DNA of 19,697 nt, from the NCBI GenBank assembly GCA_031364845.1, contig JANLWX010000149.1, forward strand, positions 1 to 19,697. Reading direction: 5' to 3'. The stretch is from Candidatus Eiseniibacteriota bacterium. Lineage in GTDB: Bacteria; Eisenbacteria; RBG-16-71-46. The translations under genes and the position numbers were made by a program. The notes under the pieces were generated by a model. It was not told the origin of the DNA and ran no database searches. It saw only the letters and a program-made list of their open reading frames with translations. Shown piece after piece: positions 1 to 8,297 of the stretch; position 1 is the first letter of the stretch; each line of letters begins with the position of its first letter.

Positions 1-138
1 CGAAGCGGCGTGCGTGCGGGTTCCGCAGCCGCGAGCGCTTCCGCACCGCGATCTACTTCCACTGCGGCGGACTCGACCTCTACCCCGCGAGCCTCGGCGC
101 GGCATCATGATTCCAGCCACACCATTCTCGGAAGAGCC
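1..138 (+). mobile_element. Right end of an ISL3-family insertion sequence (partial, continues left of the window)
   Basis: Transposase C-terminus at 3-110, followed by a terminal segment ending ...CCACACCATTCTCGGAAGAGCC at 138 (reverse complement GGCTCTTCCGAGAATGG; ISL3 ends typically start GGCTCT). It is immediately followed by the AT-rich 8-mer CAATATAA and an abrupt drop in GC. Confidence 0.85.
3..110 (+). CDS. ISL3-family transposase, C-terminal fragment (5' end outside window)
   Basis: Manual translation from position 3: [35 protein letters not shown], stop TGA at 108-110. This matches the characteristic ISL3 C-terminus K-x-x-A-x-G-F-R...[16 protein letters not shown]. Confidence 0.88.
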   Translation, partial: KRRACGFRSRERFRTAIYFHCGGLDLYPASLGAAS

Positions 139-146
139 CAATATAA
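139..146. repeat. Candidate 8-bp ISL3 target-site duplication (CAATATAA)
   Basis: AT-rich 8-mer directly abutting the IS end. ISL3 elements typically duplicate 8 bp of AT-rich target. The partner copy would lie outside the window. Confidence 0.55.
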
Positions 147-700
147 TTCGATCGAATGAAGCATATGCCGGCTCTGGAGGCGGCATTTACATCGATAACT
201 TTAGCGCTGCGCATATTCAAGGAAATCAGATTTACGATAACAGCTGCGGCGCGTACGGTGGTGGCATTTCCGTCTGGCAGTCGAATGCGACTATCGTTTC
301 GAACTCTATCGTTGAAAACAGTGCGAAGTATGGCGGTGGCGTCTATGTTGCCGCCGGCGGGCGCGCTGACTGTCGTCAGAATGTGATGGCGTTCAATCAG
401 GGCACCGGAGTTGTACTTGGAGTCGATGGCTCCGAGAAGCAGTTAAGTTGCAACGATGTATTTGGCAATGAGCCTCAGAATTACAGCGGATTGCCGGACG
501 CAACTAGCACCCTTGGCAATATATCTGCGGATCCGCGCTTCTGTAGTTTAGAGCAACGTGATCTGACGCTCGAGAGTGGCTCCCCATGTAATCCAGAGAT
601 GTCTAGCGGCTGTGCTCTTATGGGGGCTTTACCCGCATCCTGTGGGCCAACGAATCACGTGCGCGTGAGTCTTGGTCGGGTTAAGGTGCGCTACCGTTAA
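139..700 (+). pseudogene. 3' remnant of a secreted right-handed parallel beta-helix repeat protein, interrupted by ISL3
   Basis: Repeats of type N-x-I-x-x-N...GGGI (NIIRSNEAYAGSGGGIY, GNQIYDNSCGAYGGGIS, SNSIVENSAKYGGGVY). It ends with NISADPRFC...LTLESGSPC...GC.LMGA...CGPT...SLGRVKVRYR*. The reading frame begins right at the IS end; the track's first ~42 residues are read through IS DNA. Confidence 0.75.
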
Positions 701-1335
701 GCGGCCCGTATGTCCGCGGCGCCCCGCCCCTTCACGACCCGGCACGGTACCCCCACCGCCACCGAGTCCGCAGGCAGCGACTTCACGACCACGCTCCCAG
801 CCCCAATGATCGTGTGATCCCCCACCGCCACGCCCTTCAACACGATGCAGCGCGCGCCGAACCACACATCCTGCCCGATCGTGATCGGCGTTCCGTGAGA
901 GTGCTGCTGCATCACGGGTATTCCGGGCTCCGTTCCGTGGTCGTTGTCCTGGACGTAGCAGCCGTCGCCGAATGCGGTGTCGTCGCCGACTTCGATGCGC
1001 TCGTACGAGTTGAACGTCACACCTCGCAGGCACGTGACGCGCCGGCCGAGGATGATCGCCCCATGACCCGGGCCGTAGTCGTGGGTCCAGAACGACACGC
1101 CGGAATGAATGCTGCAGCCGTCGCCGAGCGTGATGCGTCGCGGGTCGCCGGAAATCCGGATCGTGCCGCGGATCTTGCAGCCGCGCCCGACGCGAACGCC
1201 GTAGGCGCGCAGCCACATCACGTAGACCGCGCTGAACGCGCGGTCCCAGGCGATCTGCAGCATGATGCGCGCGAGATTGCGCGAGCCGCCTTTCAGCGCG
1301 ATGGCGGCCATCAATCGCGTGAGCGATGTCATCAT
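697..1335 (-). CDS. Hexapeptide-repeat (left-handed beta-helix) O-acyltransferase, maltose/galactoside acetyltransferase-like, probably polysaccharide-modifying
   Basis: Hexapeptide repeats (VRVGRGCKI, ITLGDGCSI, IEVGDDTAFG, ITIGQDVWFGARCIVLKGVAVGDHTIIGAGSVV) and the terminal VAVGVPCRVVK motif. Start overlaps the flippase stop (1332-1335). Confidence 0.9.
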   Translation of the reverse strand: MMTSLTRLMAAIALKGGSRNLARIMLQIAWDRAFSAVYVMWLRAYGVRVGRGCKIRGTIRISGDPRRITLGDGCSIHSGVSFWTHDYGPGHGAIILGRRVTCLRGVTFNSYERIEVGDDTAFGDGCYVQDNDHGTEPGIPVMQQHSHGTPITIGQDVWFGARCIVLKGVAVGDHTIIGAGSVVVKSLPADSVAVGVPCRVVKGRGAADIRAA

Positions 1336-2885
1336 GAAGGTGTTCCTCCGGGAACGGGCCGCACCCGCGACGGAATGACGCTGCGAATCAGCTGAAGGTC
1401 TTCACGACCGATCGCGCCGAGCGCGATCAGCATGAACGTGTAAGCGGTCATCGAGGCGACGGCGGCGATCGCGATGCCGGCGATCCCTTGCGGTCCCCAC
1501 GACGAGGTCGCGGCAAGACCGGCGGCGAGCACGCTCGCGGCGATGACAGGACGCCACACGACTCCACCGATTCCCGGGACGGGTGCCGCTCGTTGGAACA
1601 TCGCGAACAGCAGCGCGAACGACAGCCACTCGCTCGCGACGGTCGCTGCGGACGAACCCAGGAATGAGAACCGGGGGACGAGCGCCAAGTTCAAAGTAAC
1701 GTTCGCGACGGCGGTGATGCCGACGGCCCAGGTGCCGAGCGACTGGCGTCGCTGAGCCGTGAGCAGGAACAGCATGGTGTCGGCCATGTACGATCCGGGC
1801 AGCGCCCAGATCAGGATCGCGAGCGCGGGTGCGGCGGCGGCGTAGTCGGGACCGAGCACGGCGTGCACGATTGCCGGCGCTTCGAACGTGAAGAACACGG
1901 CGACGCCGAAGGTGAACAGCAGATGCAGCCGGATCGACTTGCGGCACATCACGCCGAGTGAGCCCTTGGGTCCGTCGGCTGCGCGCGCCATCACGGGGAA
2001 CAGCACCGAGCGGAATGTGACGGCGAGGATCGCGAACGCTTCGAACATGCGATAGACGCCGGCGTAGAGTCCGACGGCGTGATCGCCCTGCATGGTGCGC
2101 AGCACGACGGCGTCGATGCGGAAGTAGACGGCGATGAAGATGCCGGAGAGTGCGAGCGGCACCGCTTCGCGTAACAGCGCGAACGGCTTCGCCGCATGCT
2201 TCGCCGCGCCAGCGGCGACTACAGAGTTCGATACGCCGGAAACTTCCGCCGCGACTGCTCCGCCCGAAACCCCAAAAGCCTTCGCGCCTTTCGGCGCGAG
2301 ATACAAATCACGCGACCAAACCAGCGCCGAGATCGTCCTCACGACTGCACCCACGAGAAACGCATACGCGCCCGCGAGCGGCCCGAACCCGAATCCTAGA
2401 AGCGCCGCACCACACGCCAGCGCCGCGACACTCTGCACGGTGAGGTTGAGTCCGCTGCGCCCCGCGCGACCGGCGGCGCGGAGCAGTCCGTCGAACACCA
2501 CAGCCATTGAGTTCAGCAGCATGCCCGCGACGATCGGCAGCACGAGCGCGAGGCTCTCGTCGCCCGGGCCGGAGCGCGCGGCGATCAGCACCGCAAGCAT
2601 CGTGATCACGGCGAGCACGAGCTTGAGCAGGAGACACGGCCGCAGCAGCTCGCGCACGCGTTCGGGCGCGCGCGATACTTCGCGCGTGAACACGGTCGAG
2701 ATCCCGAGATCGCCGAGCGCGTTGAACAGCAGCGTGAACGACAACGCGAACGTGTAGCGGCCGAACTGCTCGACGCCGAGCGTTCGCGCGAGCAGCAGGT
2801 AGAGCACGAAGTCGAGCGCCTTGGCGGTCAGCGTGCCGGCGAACAGGCGCACGGTCTGGCGGCCGAGGGTTCGGGCGGCGCTCAT
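1332..2885 (-). CDS. wzx: Polysaccharide/O-antigen flippase (Wzx, MOP superfamily)
   Basis: 517-aa multi-transmembrane protein with LARTLGVEQFGRYTFALS, DLGIST...REVS, IYFRID-like 'VYFRIDAVVL...DHAVGLYA', and NLALVPRFSFLGSSAAT motifs. Confidence 0.9.
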   Translation of the reverse strand: MSAARTLGRQTVRLFAGTLTAKALDFVLYLLLARTLGVEQFGRYTFALSFTLLFNALGDLGISTVFTREVSRAPERVRELLRPCLLLKLVLAVITMLAVLIAARSGPGDESLALVLPIVAGMLLNSMAVVFDGLLRAAGRAGRSGLNLTVQSVAALACGAALLGFGFGPLAGAYAFLVGAVVRTISALVWSRDLYLAPKGAKAFGVSGGAVAAEVSGVSNSVVAAGAAKHAAKPFALLREAVPLALSGIFIAVYFRIDAVVLRTMQGDHAVGLYAGVYRMFEAFAILAVTFRSVLFPVMARAADGPKGSLGVMCRKSIRLHLLFTFGVAVFFTFEAPAIVHAVLGPDYAAAAPALAILIWALPGSYMADTMLFLLTAQRRQSLGTWAVGITAVANVTLNLALVPRFSFLGSSAATVASEWLSFALLFAMFQRAAPVPGIGGVVWRPVIAASVLAAGLAATSSWGPQGIAGIAIAAVASMTAYTFMLIALGAIGREDLQLIRSVIPSRVRPVPGGTPS

Positions 2886-3055
2886 CGGGCGGATCCGGGG
2901 CGGGAATCGGAGGTGGCCGGAAGCTGGCCGGGCTGGCGGATGGATGCACGGGATCCGGCCGGCGCGAGCGTGTGGCGCGCGTCGGTCGGATGCCGCAACT
3001 GATTAAGAGAGAGATGGTTCATGTCGTGGTGGCCGGTTCGGGCCACTCCAGGAAC

Positions 3056-3070
3056 GCAATGCTCGTGCCG
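3056..3070 (-). promoter_or_regulatory. Candidate sigma-54 (-24/-12) promoter for the flippase-acyltransferase operon
   Basis: Minus strand reads CGGCACGAGCATTGC, with GG-N10-GC spacing and the GGCACG and TTGC boxes, about 170 nt upstream of the flippase ATG. Confidence 0.5.
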
Positions 3071-3207
3071 TGTTGTTTTTAGGTGGGCCTGATCGAGGAA
3101 CCTGCCGATCGACCAAGTGGACATTCCTCGTACCATCCAACCCCTTCGCAATCCGGATCCAGCTCCGATCTAGAGATCATTGGACCCGGCTTGAGGTGAT
3201 CCGCGCC

Positions 3208-6200
3208 ATGACCGAGTTCTCTTTCCGGGAAAGTCGGTCTATCGAGTCCATTCCCTTCGCAAGCCCGATCACGAAAACCCTCGTGGCGCGCCGGCCCGGA
3301 GCCGCGAGCGATCCGGGGCCTTCGATAGGGGACGAACCGCGCCCCCTCAGGGCAATCTGGCTCCTGTTGATGTTCGGCGTAGCGATGGCAGTGGCCCCGG
3401 TTCGTGCTGAAGCGTCGACCAGGACGTGGAGCGGTGCCGGAGCCGATAACAACTGGGGGACGGCCGCAAACTGGGCGGGCGGTGTGAGCCCCGTCTCCGG
3501 GGACGACCTGGTCTTCCCGGCCGGCGCGGCGCGGCTCACCAATTCGAACAATCTGGCATTGGCGACGGCGATAGCTTCGATCACATTTCAGGCCGCGGGA
3601 TATTCGATCAGCGGCAACTCGATCGGAATCAGCACCGCCGGCGGGATCAGCGTTGCGGCGGGCGTGACCGGGACCATCACCCTCAGCATCGCGATCGCTC
3701 TGACCGTCGACCAGACCTGGAGTGTGTCCGATGCCGGCGCGACGCTGGACGTGTCCGGCGTGACGAGCGGCACGAAGGTGCTGACGAAGACTGGTGCGGG
3801 GACCTACCGGGTCTCGGGGACTTCCAGCAATTCGTATTCCGGTGGTCTGATTGTCAACGGCGGGACGGTGCTCCTCGCCAAGACCTCCGGAAGAAACATC
3901 ACCGCCGGGGCCGTGACGATCACGAGCGGCGTGGTCCGGTCGATGGCCAGCAACGAGATCCCCACGAAGACTGTCACCGTCACGGGCTTGGGACTGCTGG
4001 ATCTCAACAACTTTTCCGACACGATCGGCAGCCTGATGATGACCGGTGGCGCCGTGACGACCGGGACCGGGACCCTCACTCTCGGTGGCACCGTGACGAC
4101 CAGCGCGTCCGCATCGTCGGCGACCATCGCCGGCAACCTCGGACTGGGCGCGATCCGGACCTTCACGATCAATGACGGGATTGCCACGGATGATCTGCTG
4201 ATCACGGCCGTCGTCAGCGGCGCCTTCAACCTGACGAAGGGTGCCAGTGGAACCCTCGTGCTCGCCGGGAGCAATACCTACACCGGCACGACGACCATCA
4301 GCACGGGCCAACTCATTGTCACGTCCAACAATGGGCTCGGGACCAGCGTGGGCTCAACCACCGTCGCTTCAGGGGCCACGCTCGGGCTGCGAGGCGGCGT
4401 CACCTATAGCACGATCGAGGCGGTGAGCATCAATGGGACCGGAGTGAGTGCGGCCGGCGCGATCAAGAACATCAGCGGGAACAACAGTTTCGCGGGTCCC
4501 ATCACGCTGACCGCGGCGAGCACGATCGGATCGGTCACCGCGGGCGATGCACTGACCCTCGAGGGGACCATTGCGAACGGTGGTTTCACGACGACGTTCA
4601 ACGGGGCGGGGAACACCGTGGCTAACGGTGTCATCTCGGGGACAGCGGCGCTCACCAAATCGGGTGCGGGGATACTGACTCTGGCGGCTGCCAACCTGTA
4701 TGCGGGCGCGACCACGGTGAGTGCCGGAACCTTGCGTGTGACGAACAGCAGTGGGTCCGCCACGGGATCGGGAGCGGTCTCGGTCTCCTCCGGTGCCGTT
4801 CTCGACGGCGCCAATGCCGGAGGGATTACTGGGACTTCCACCATCGCCAATGGCGCAAGCCTGACTCCGGGTATCGGCGCGGCGGGTACGTTGAAAACCG
4901 GCACGCTCGTCGTGAACTCCACGTCCAATCTCAATTTCGAGCTCGGGACGGTGAGCGATCAGGTCAGTGTGATCGGCAACCTGACGGATGACGGTGTCTT
5001 GAATGTCACCTCACTCGCCGGGTTTGGCGCGGGAACCTACACGCTCTTCACCTACACGGGCGTGCTGACCGACAACGGAATCAGCCTCGGTTCGCTCCCC
5101 GCGGGACCGGCATACTCCATCGACGTGGCGACGGCCGGGCAGGTCAAATTGCGGGTTCATCCCGTCGCGAGCTCCAGCGTGCGGGCCGGAACGGACCCGA
5201 CCAACGCAACGAGCGTGAGTTTCTCGGTGACATTCAGTCACGCGGTGACGGGGGTCGATGTCACCGATTTCGCCCTGACCACCACGGGCGCGATCGCCGG
5301 GGCATCGGTCGCCAGCGTGAGCGGCTCGGGTGCCGTCTACACTGTGGCGGTCACCACCGGAACCGGCTCGGGGACGATCCGGCTGGATCTCACCGACAAC
5401 AACTCGATCGTGGCGGGTGGGAATCCGCTGGGCGGGCCGGTATCCGGCGACGGAAACCTGACCTCCGGTCCGGCCTACACGATCGACAAGGCGGCTCCGT
5501 CCGCACTGTCGTCGAACCGGGCGGGAGCGGACCCGACGAGCGCATCGAGTGTCGATTTCGACGTGACGCTCAGCGAGACGGTGACCGGCGTGGGCCTCGC
5601 CGATTTCGCCCTGACCACGACCGGCGTGAGCGGAGCTTCCGTAACCGGCGTGAGCGGGAGCGGCACGCTCTACACGGTGACGGTCAATACCGGTTCCGGC
5701 TCGGGGACGATTCGCCTCGACGTGCTGGATGACGACTCGATCGTGGATGCTTCCGGCAATCCGCTCGGCGGGACGGGCGCAGGGAACGGCGGTTTCACTT
5801 CGGGCCAAGCCTATGCGATCGACAGGACTTCTCCTGAGGCAACGATGAGCTCCGCCCTCACCGACCCGACGAAGATTTCGCCGATCCTAGTGACGGTGAC
5901 GTTCACCAAGGTTGTGACCGGATTCACGGCGTCGGATATCACCCTGTCCAATGGGACGCTCAGCAACTTCATAGGGTCCGGTTCGGGCTATACATTCGAT
6001 CTGACTCCGGTGGCCAACGGACTGGTGACGGCCGACATTCCGGCGGGGGTCGCGTTCGACTTCGACAGCCGAGGAAACCTGGTCGCGCCGCAATTCGTGC
6101 GAACATACGATACGGTCGCCCCGACGGTTGTCTCCATCAACCGGGCCGGCGTGAGCCCGACGAACGCGGCGAGCGTTGTCTACACCGCGACCTTCAGTGA

Positions 6201-8229
6201 AAGCGTGACGGGCGTGGATGCAACCGATTCCGCGTTGACCACGACCGGCGTGAGCGGGGCGTCCGTCAGCGGCGTGACCGGGAGCGGCTCCACCCGCACG
6301 ATCACGGTCGATTCCGGGGCCGGCTCCGGGACGATCCGCCTTAATCTGACCGACGACGATTCCATACTCGATGCTGCGGCGAATATTCTCGGTGGAACCG
6401 GCCCGGGGAACGGCACCTTCATCTCCGGGCAAACCTACATAATCGACAAGACCGCTCCGACGGTCGCGATGAGCTCCACGGCGGCCGACCCGACGAATGT
6501 CTCGCCGGTTCCGGTGACGGTCACCTTCGGTGAATCGGTGACCGGCTTCACCGTGTCGGACATCACGGCCGTCAATGGAACCGTGAGTAATTTCACCGGG
6601 TCCGGGACCAGCTACAGCTTTGACCTGACGCCGGGGGCCAACGGGACGCTGTCAGCGGATATTGCCGCGAGCGCGGCGAGCGATGCCTCGGGAAATGGGA
6701 ACAGTGCCGCGCCCCAATTCCAGCGGTCCTTTGACACGATCGCTTCGACGGTAGCGAGTGTCTACTCGACCTCCTCGGACGGGACCTTCGGTCTGGGCTT
6801 CACCCTCCCGCTCCACGTCGACTTCGATGAACCCGTCATCGTCACCGGAACTCCGCAACTGACCCTCAACACCTCATCCGCACCGAACGGCATCGCCAAC
6901 TACAGTTCAGGGAGTGGAACCACCACACTCATTTTCAACTATAACGTTGCGGCCGGACACTCGAGCGCCGACCTCGACTATCTCTCATCGGCGGCACTCG
7001 CCCTCAATGGCGGCACGATCAAGGACGCGGCCAGCAACAACGCTGACCTGACACTCCCCGCTCCGGGAGGTCTTGGATCCCTGGCGGACAACAACAATAT
7101 CGTGATCGATTCCAGCGTGCCCTCGGTGATCGATGTCAGCGCGACCACCGGCAACGGGTCGTACGGCGCAGGCTCGACGATTCAGGTGACGATCACCTTC
7201 AGCCAGGCGGAGGTGGTGACCGGCACGCCGCAGCTCACGATGAGCACGTCGTCCTCGCCCAACGGCGTGGCCAACTACAGCGCCGGCAGCGGGACTGCGA
7301 CGCTGACCTTCACCTATACCGTCGCGGCCGGGCAAAGCAGTGCCGACCTCGACTATCTCTCCGAGACGGCACTGGCTCTCAACGGTGGCACCATCAAGAA
7401 GTCTGGCAGCGGCACGAACGCGAATCTGACCCTCCCTGAGGCCGGTACCATGGGATCATTGGGATACAACAAGGCGATCATCGTCGACACGTCTGACCCC
7501 ACGATCACCAACGTCACCTCAACGACCCCAGACGGGACGTACGGCGCCGGGTCCGCGGTCAATGTGACGGTGAATTTCTCTGAACAGGTCACGCTCGCCG
7601 GAGGGAATTTGAACGTGACGCTCAACACGGGCGCCGTGGTGGCGATCGCCCCGTTCGGGCCGGCAATCTCGGCCAGTGGCACCTACACCGTCGGCTCTGG
7701 CCACAGTTCATCCGACTTGAACGCGAACACTCCCCTCGCGCTCGCCGCGGGGGCGACGCTCCGGGATGCGGCGAGCAACAACTCGACGCTGGCCATCCCC
7801 TCCGGCCAGAACCTCGCAGACTCCAAGGCGATCGTGATTCAGACGGTGAACAGTGTGAGTGCGGGGAACAGCGTGTTCGCTTTCGGCACGCGACCACTCA
7901 ATACATGGCTCGCGGCGCAATCCAGCGTCCTCACCAACGACGGAAACACGACCGAGACACTGGTCGGCAAAATCTCGACGCTCACCGCCGGAGGGAACAC
8001 GTGGTCGCTGTCGAGCTCGTCGAATGGACCTGACCAGATCCGCGCGCAATGGTCCACGACCAGCGCCACGGGGCCGTGGACCGACCTCGCCGCGTACGAC
8101 ACGAACTTCACGATCGTGAGCGGCCTTGCCGTGTCAGGCTCGGTGAGCCTGTATGTGCGCATCCTCACGCCGACCAGCTCATCGTCGCTGGCCTCCCACG
8201 GTGCTACGCTCACCGTGACCGCCCAGTAG
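3208..8229 (+). CDS. Large secreted adhesin-like surface protein: autotransporter-associated beta-strand (PATR) repeats, eight Ig-like repeats and a distinct C-terminal domain
   Basis: ATG 3208 has GAGGTGA at 3193-3199; the start is uncertain (track starts at 3070). Hydrophobic signal LRAIWLLLMFGVAMAVAPVRAEA, then TRTWSGAGADNNWGTAANW. PATR repeats LTKTGAGTYRVSG..NSYSGG (~3781), LTKGASGTLVLAGSNTYTGTT (~4231) and LTKSGAGILTLAAANLYAGAT (~4651). Thr/Gly/Ser-rich with VTFSE.VTG-type Ig repeats. Confidence 0.85.
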   Translation: MTEFSFRESRSIESIPFASPITKTLVARRPGAASDPGPSIGDEPRPLRAIWLLLMFGVAMAVAPVRAEASTRTWSGAGADNNWGTAANWAGGVSPVSGDDLVFPAGAARLTNSNNLALATAIASITFQAAGYSISGNSIGISTAGGISVAAGVTGTITLSIAIALTVDQTWSVSDAGATLDVSGVTSGTKVLTKTGAGTYRVSGTSSNSYSGGLIVNGGTVLLAKTSGRNITAGAVTITSGVVRSMASNEIPTKTVTVTGLGLLDLNNFSDTIGSLMMTGGAVTTGTGTLTLGGTVTTSASASSATIAGNLGLGAIRTFTINDGIATDDLLITAVVSGAFNLTKGASGTLVLAGSNTYTGTTTISTGQLIVTSNNGLGTSVGSTTVASGATLGLRGGVTYSTIEAVSINGTGVSAAGAIKNISGNNSFAGPITLTAASTIGSVTAGDALTLEGTIANGGFTTTFNGAGNTVANGVISGTAALTKSGAGILTLAAANLYAGATTVSAGTLRVTNSSGSATGSGAVSVSSGAVLDGANAGGITGTSTIANGASLTPGIGAAGTLKTGTLVVNSTSNLNFELGTVSDQVSVIGNLTDDGVLNVTSLAGFGAGTYTLFTYTGVLTDNGISLGSLPAGPAYSIDVATAGQVKLRVHPVASSSVRAGTDPTNATSVSFSVTFSHAVTGVDVTDFALTTTGAIAGASVASVSGSGAVYTVAVTTGTGSGTIRLDLTDNNSIVAGGNPLGGPVSGDGNLTSGPAYTIDKAAPSALSSNRAGADPTSASSVDFDVTLSETVTGVGLADFALTTTGVSGASVTGVSGSGTLYTVTVNTGSGSGTIRLDVLDDDSIVDASGNPLGGTGAGNGGFTSGQAYAIDRTSPEATMSSALTDPTKISPILVTVTFTKVVTGFTASDITLSNGTLSNFIGSGSGYTFDLTPVANGLVTADIPAGVAFDFDSRGNLVAPQFVRTYDTVAPTVVSINRAGVSPTNAASVVYTATFSESVTGVDATDSALTTTGVSGASVSGVTGSGSTRTITVDSGAGSGTIRLNLTDDDSILDAAANILGGTGPGNGTFISGQTYIIDKTAPTVAMSSTAADPTNVSPVPVTVTFGESVTGFTVSDITAVNGTVSNFTGSGTSYSFDLTPGANGTLSADIAASAASDASGNGNSAAPQFQRSFDTIASTVASVYSTSSDGTFGLGFTLPLHVDFDEPVIVTGTPQLTLNTSSAPNGIANYSSGSGTTTLIFNYNVAAGHSSADLDYLSSAALALNGGTIKDAASNNADLTLPAPGGLGSLADNNNIVIDSSVPSVIDVSATTGNGSYGAGSTIQVTITFSQAEVVTGTPQLTMSTSSSPNGVANYSAGSGTATLTFTYTVAAGQSSADLDYLSETALALNGGTIKKSGSGTNANLTLPEAGTMGSLGYNKAIIVDTSDPTITNVTSTTPDGTYGAGSAVNVTVNFSEQVTLAGGNLNVTLNTGAVVAIAPFGPAISASGTYTVGSGHSSSDLNANTPLALAAGATLRDAASNNSTLAIPSGQNLADSKAIVIQTVNSVSAGNSVFAFGTRPLNTWLAAQSSVLTNDGNTTETLVGKISTLTAGGNTWSLSSSSNGPDQIRAQWSTTSATGPWTDLAAYDTNFTIVSGLAVSGSVSLYVRILTPTSSSSLASHGATLTVTAQ
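5164..7842 (+). repeat. Intragenic array of Ig-like domain repeats in the order A-A-B-A-B-C-C-C'
   Basis: Type A (RAG.[DS]PT.A.SV...TGV...D.ALTTTG..GASV..V.GSG....GSGTIRL) at ~5164, ~5491 and ~6118. Type B (MSS...DPT..SP..VTVTF...VTGFT.SDIT..NGT.SNF.GSG..Y.FDLTP.ANG) at ~5830 and ~6454. Type C (G.[YF]G.G...VTGTPQLT..TSS.PNG.ANYS.GSGT...SSADLDYLS..ALALNGGTIK) at ~6742 and ~7117, with a diverged copy at ~7495. DNA similarity is visible, e.g. gccgacctcgactatctctc occurs twice. Confidence 0.85.
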
Positions 8230-8297
8230 CCACAGCGGGATTCGGGCCCGATCCGCCTGCTCCGCGCCGCATCCACGGCCTTCCACCCGGGACCTTC

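Noticed and set aside
14..138. N-terminal 42 aa of the track ORF 14..700 as a real protein start
   Set aside because: It is an alternative-frame read-through of the ISL3 transposase tail and terminal repeat, with no signal peptide or beta-helix pattern.
2882..3151. 89-aa minus-strand ORF abutting the flippase start
   Set aside because: No recognisable motif, atypical composition, and it overlaps the candidate sigma-54 promoter and divergent intergenic region. A short leader peptide cannot be fully excluded.
3070..8229. Calling the large protein a classical type Va autotransporter
   Set aside because: There is no ~280-aa C-terminal beta-barrel and no terminal aromatic residue.
8236..8260. 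Palindromic GGATTCGGGCCCGATCC after the adhesin stop as a terminator
   Set aside because: Imperfect stem, almost no loop and no U-tract; may be chance in GC-rich DNA.
8049..8297. Track start of the serine hydrolase at 8049
   Set aside because: It overlaps the adhesin's end; the lipoprotein signal begins at ATG 8298.
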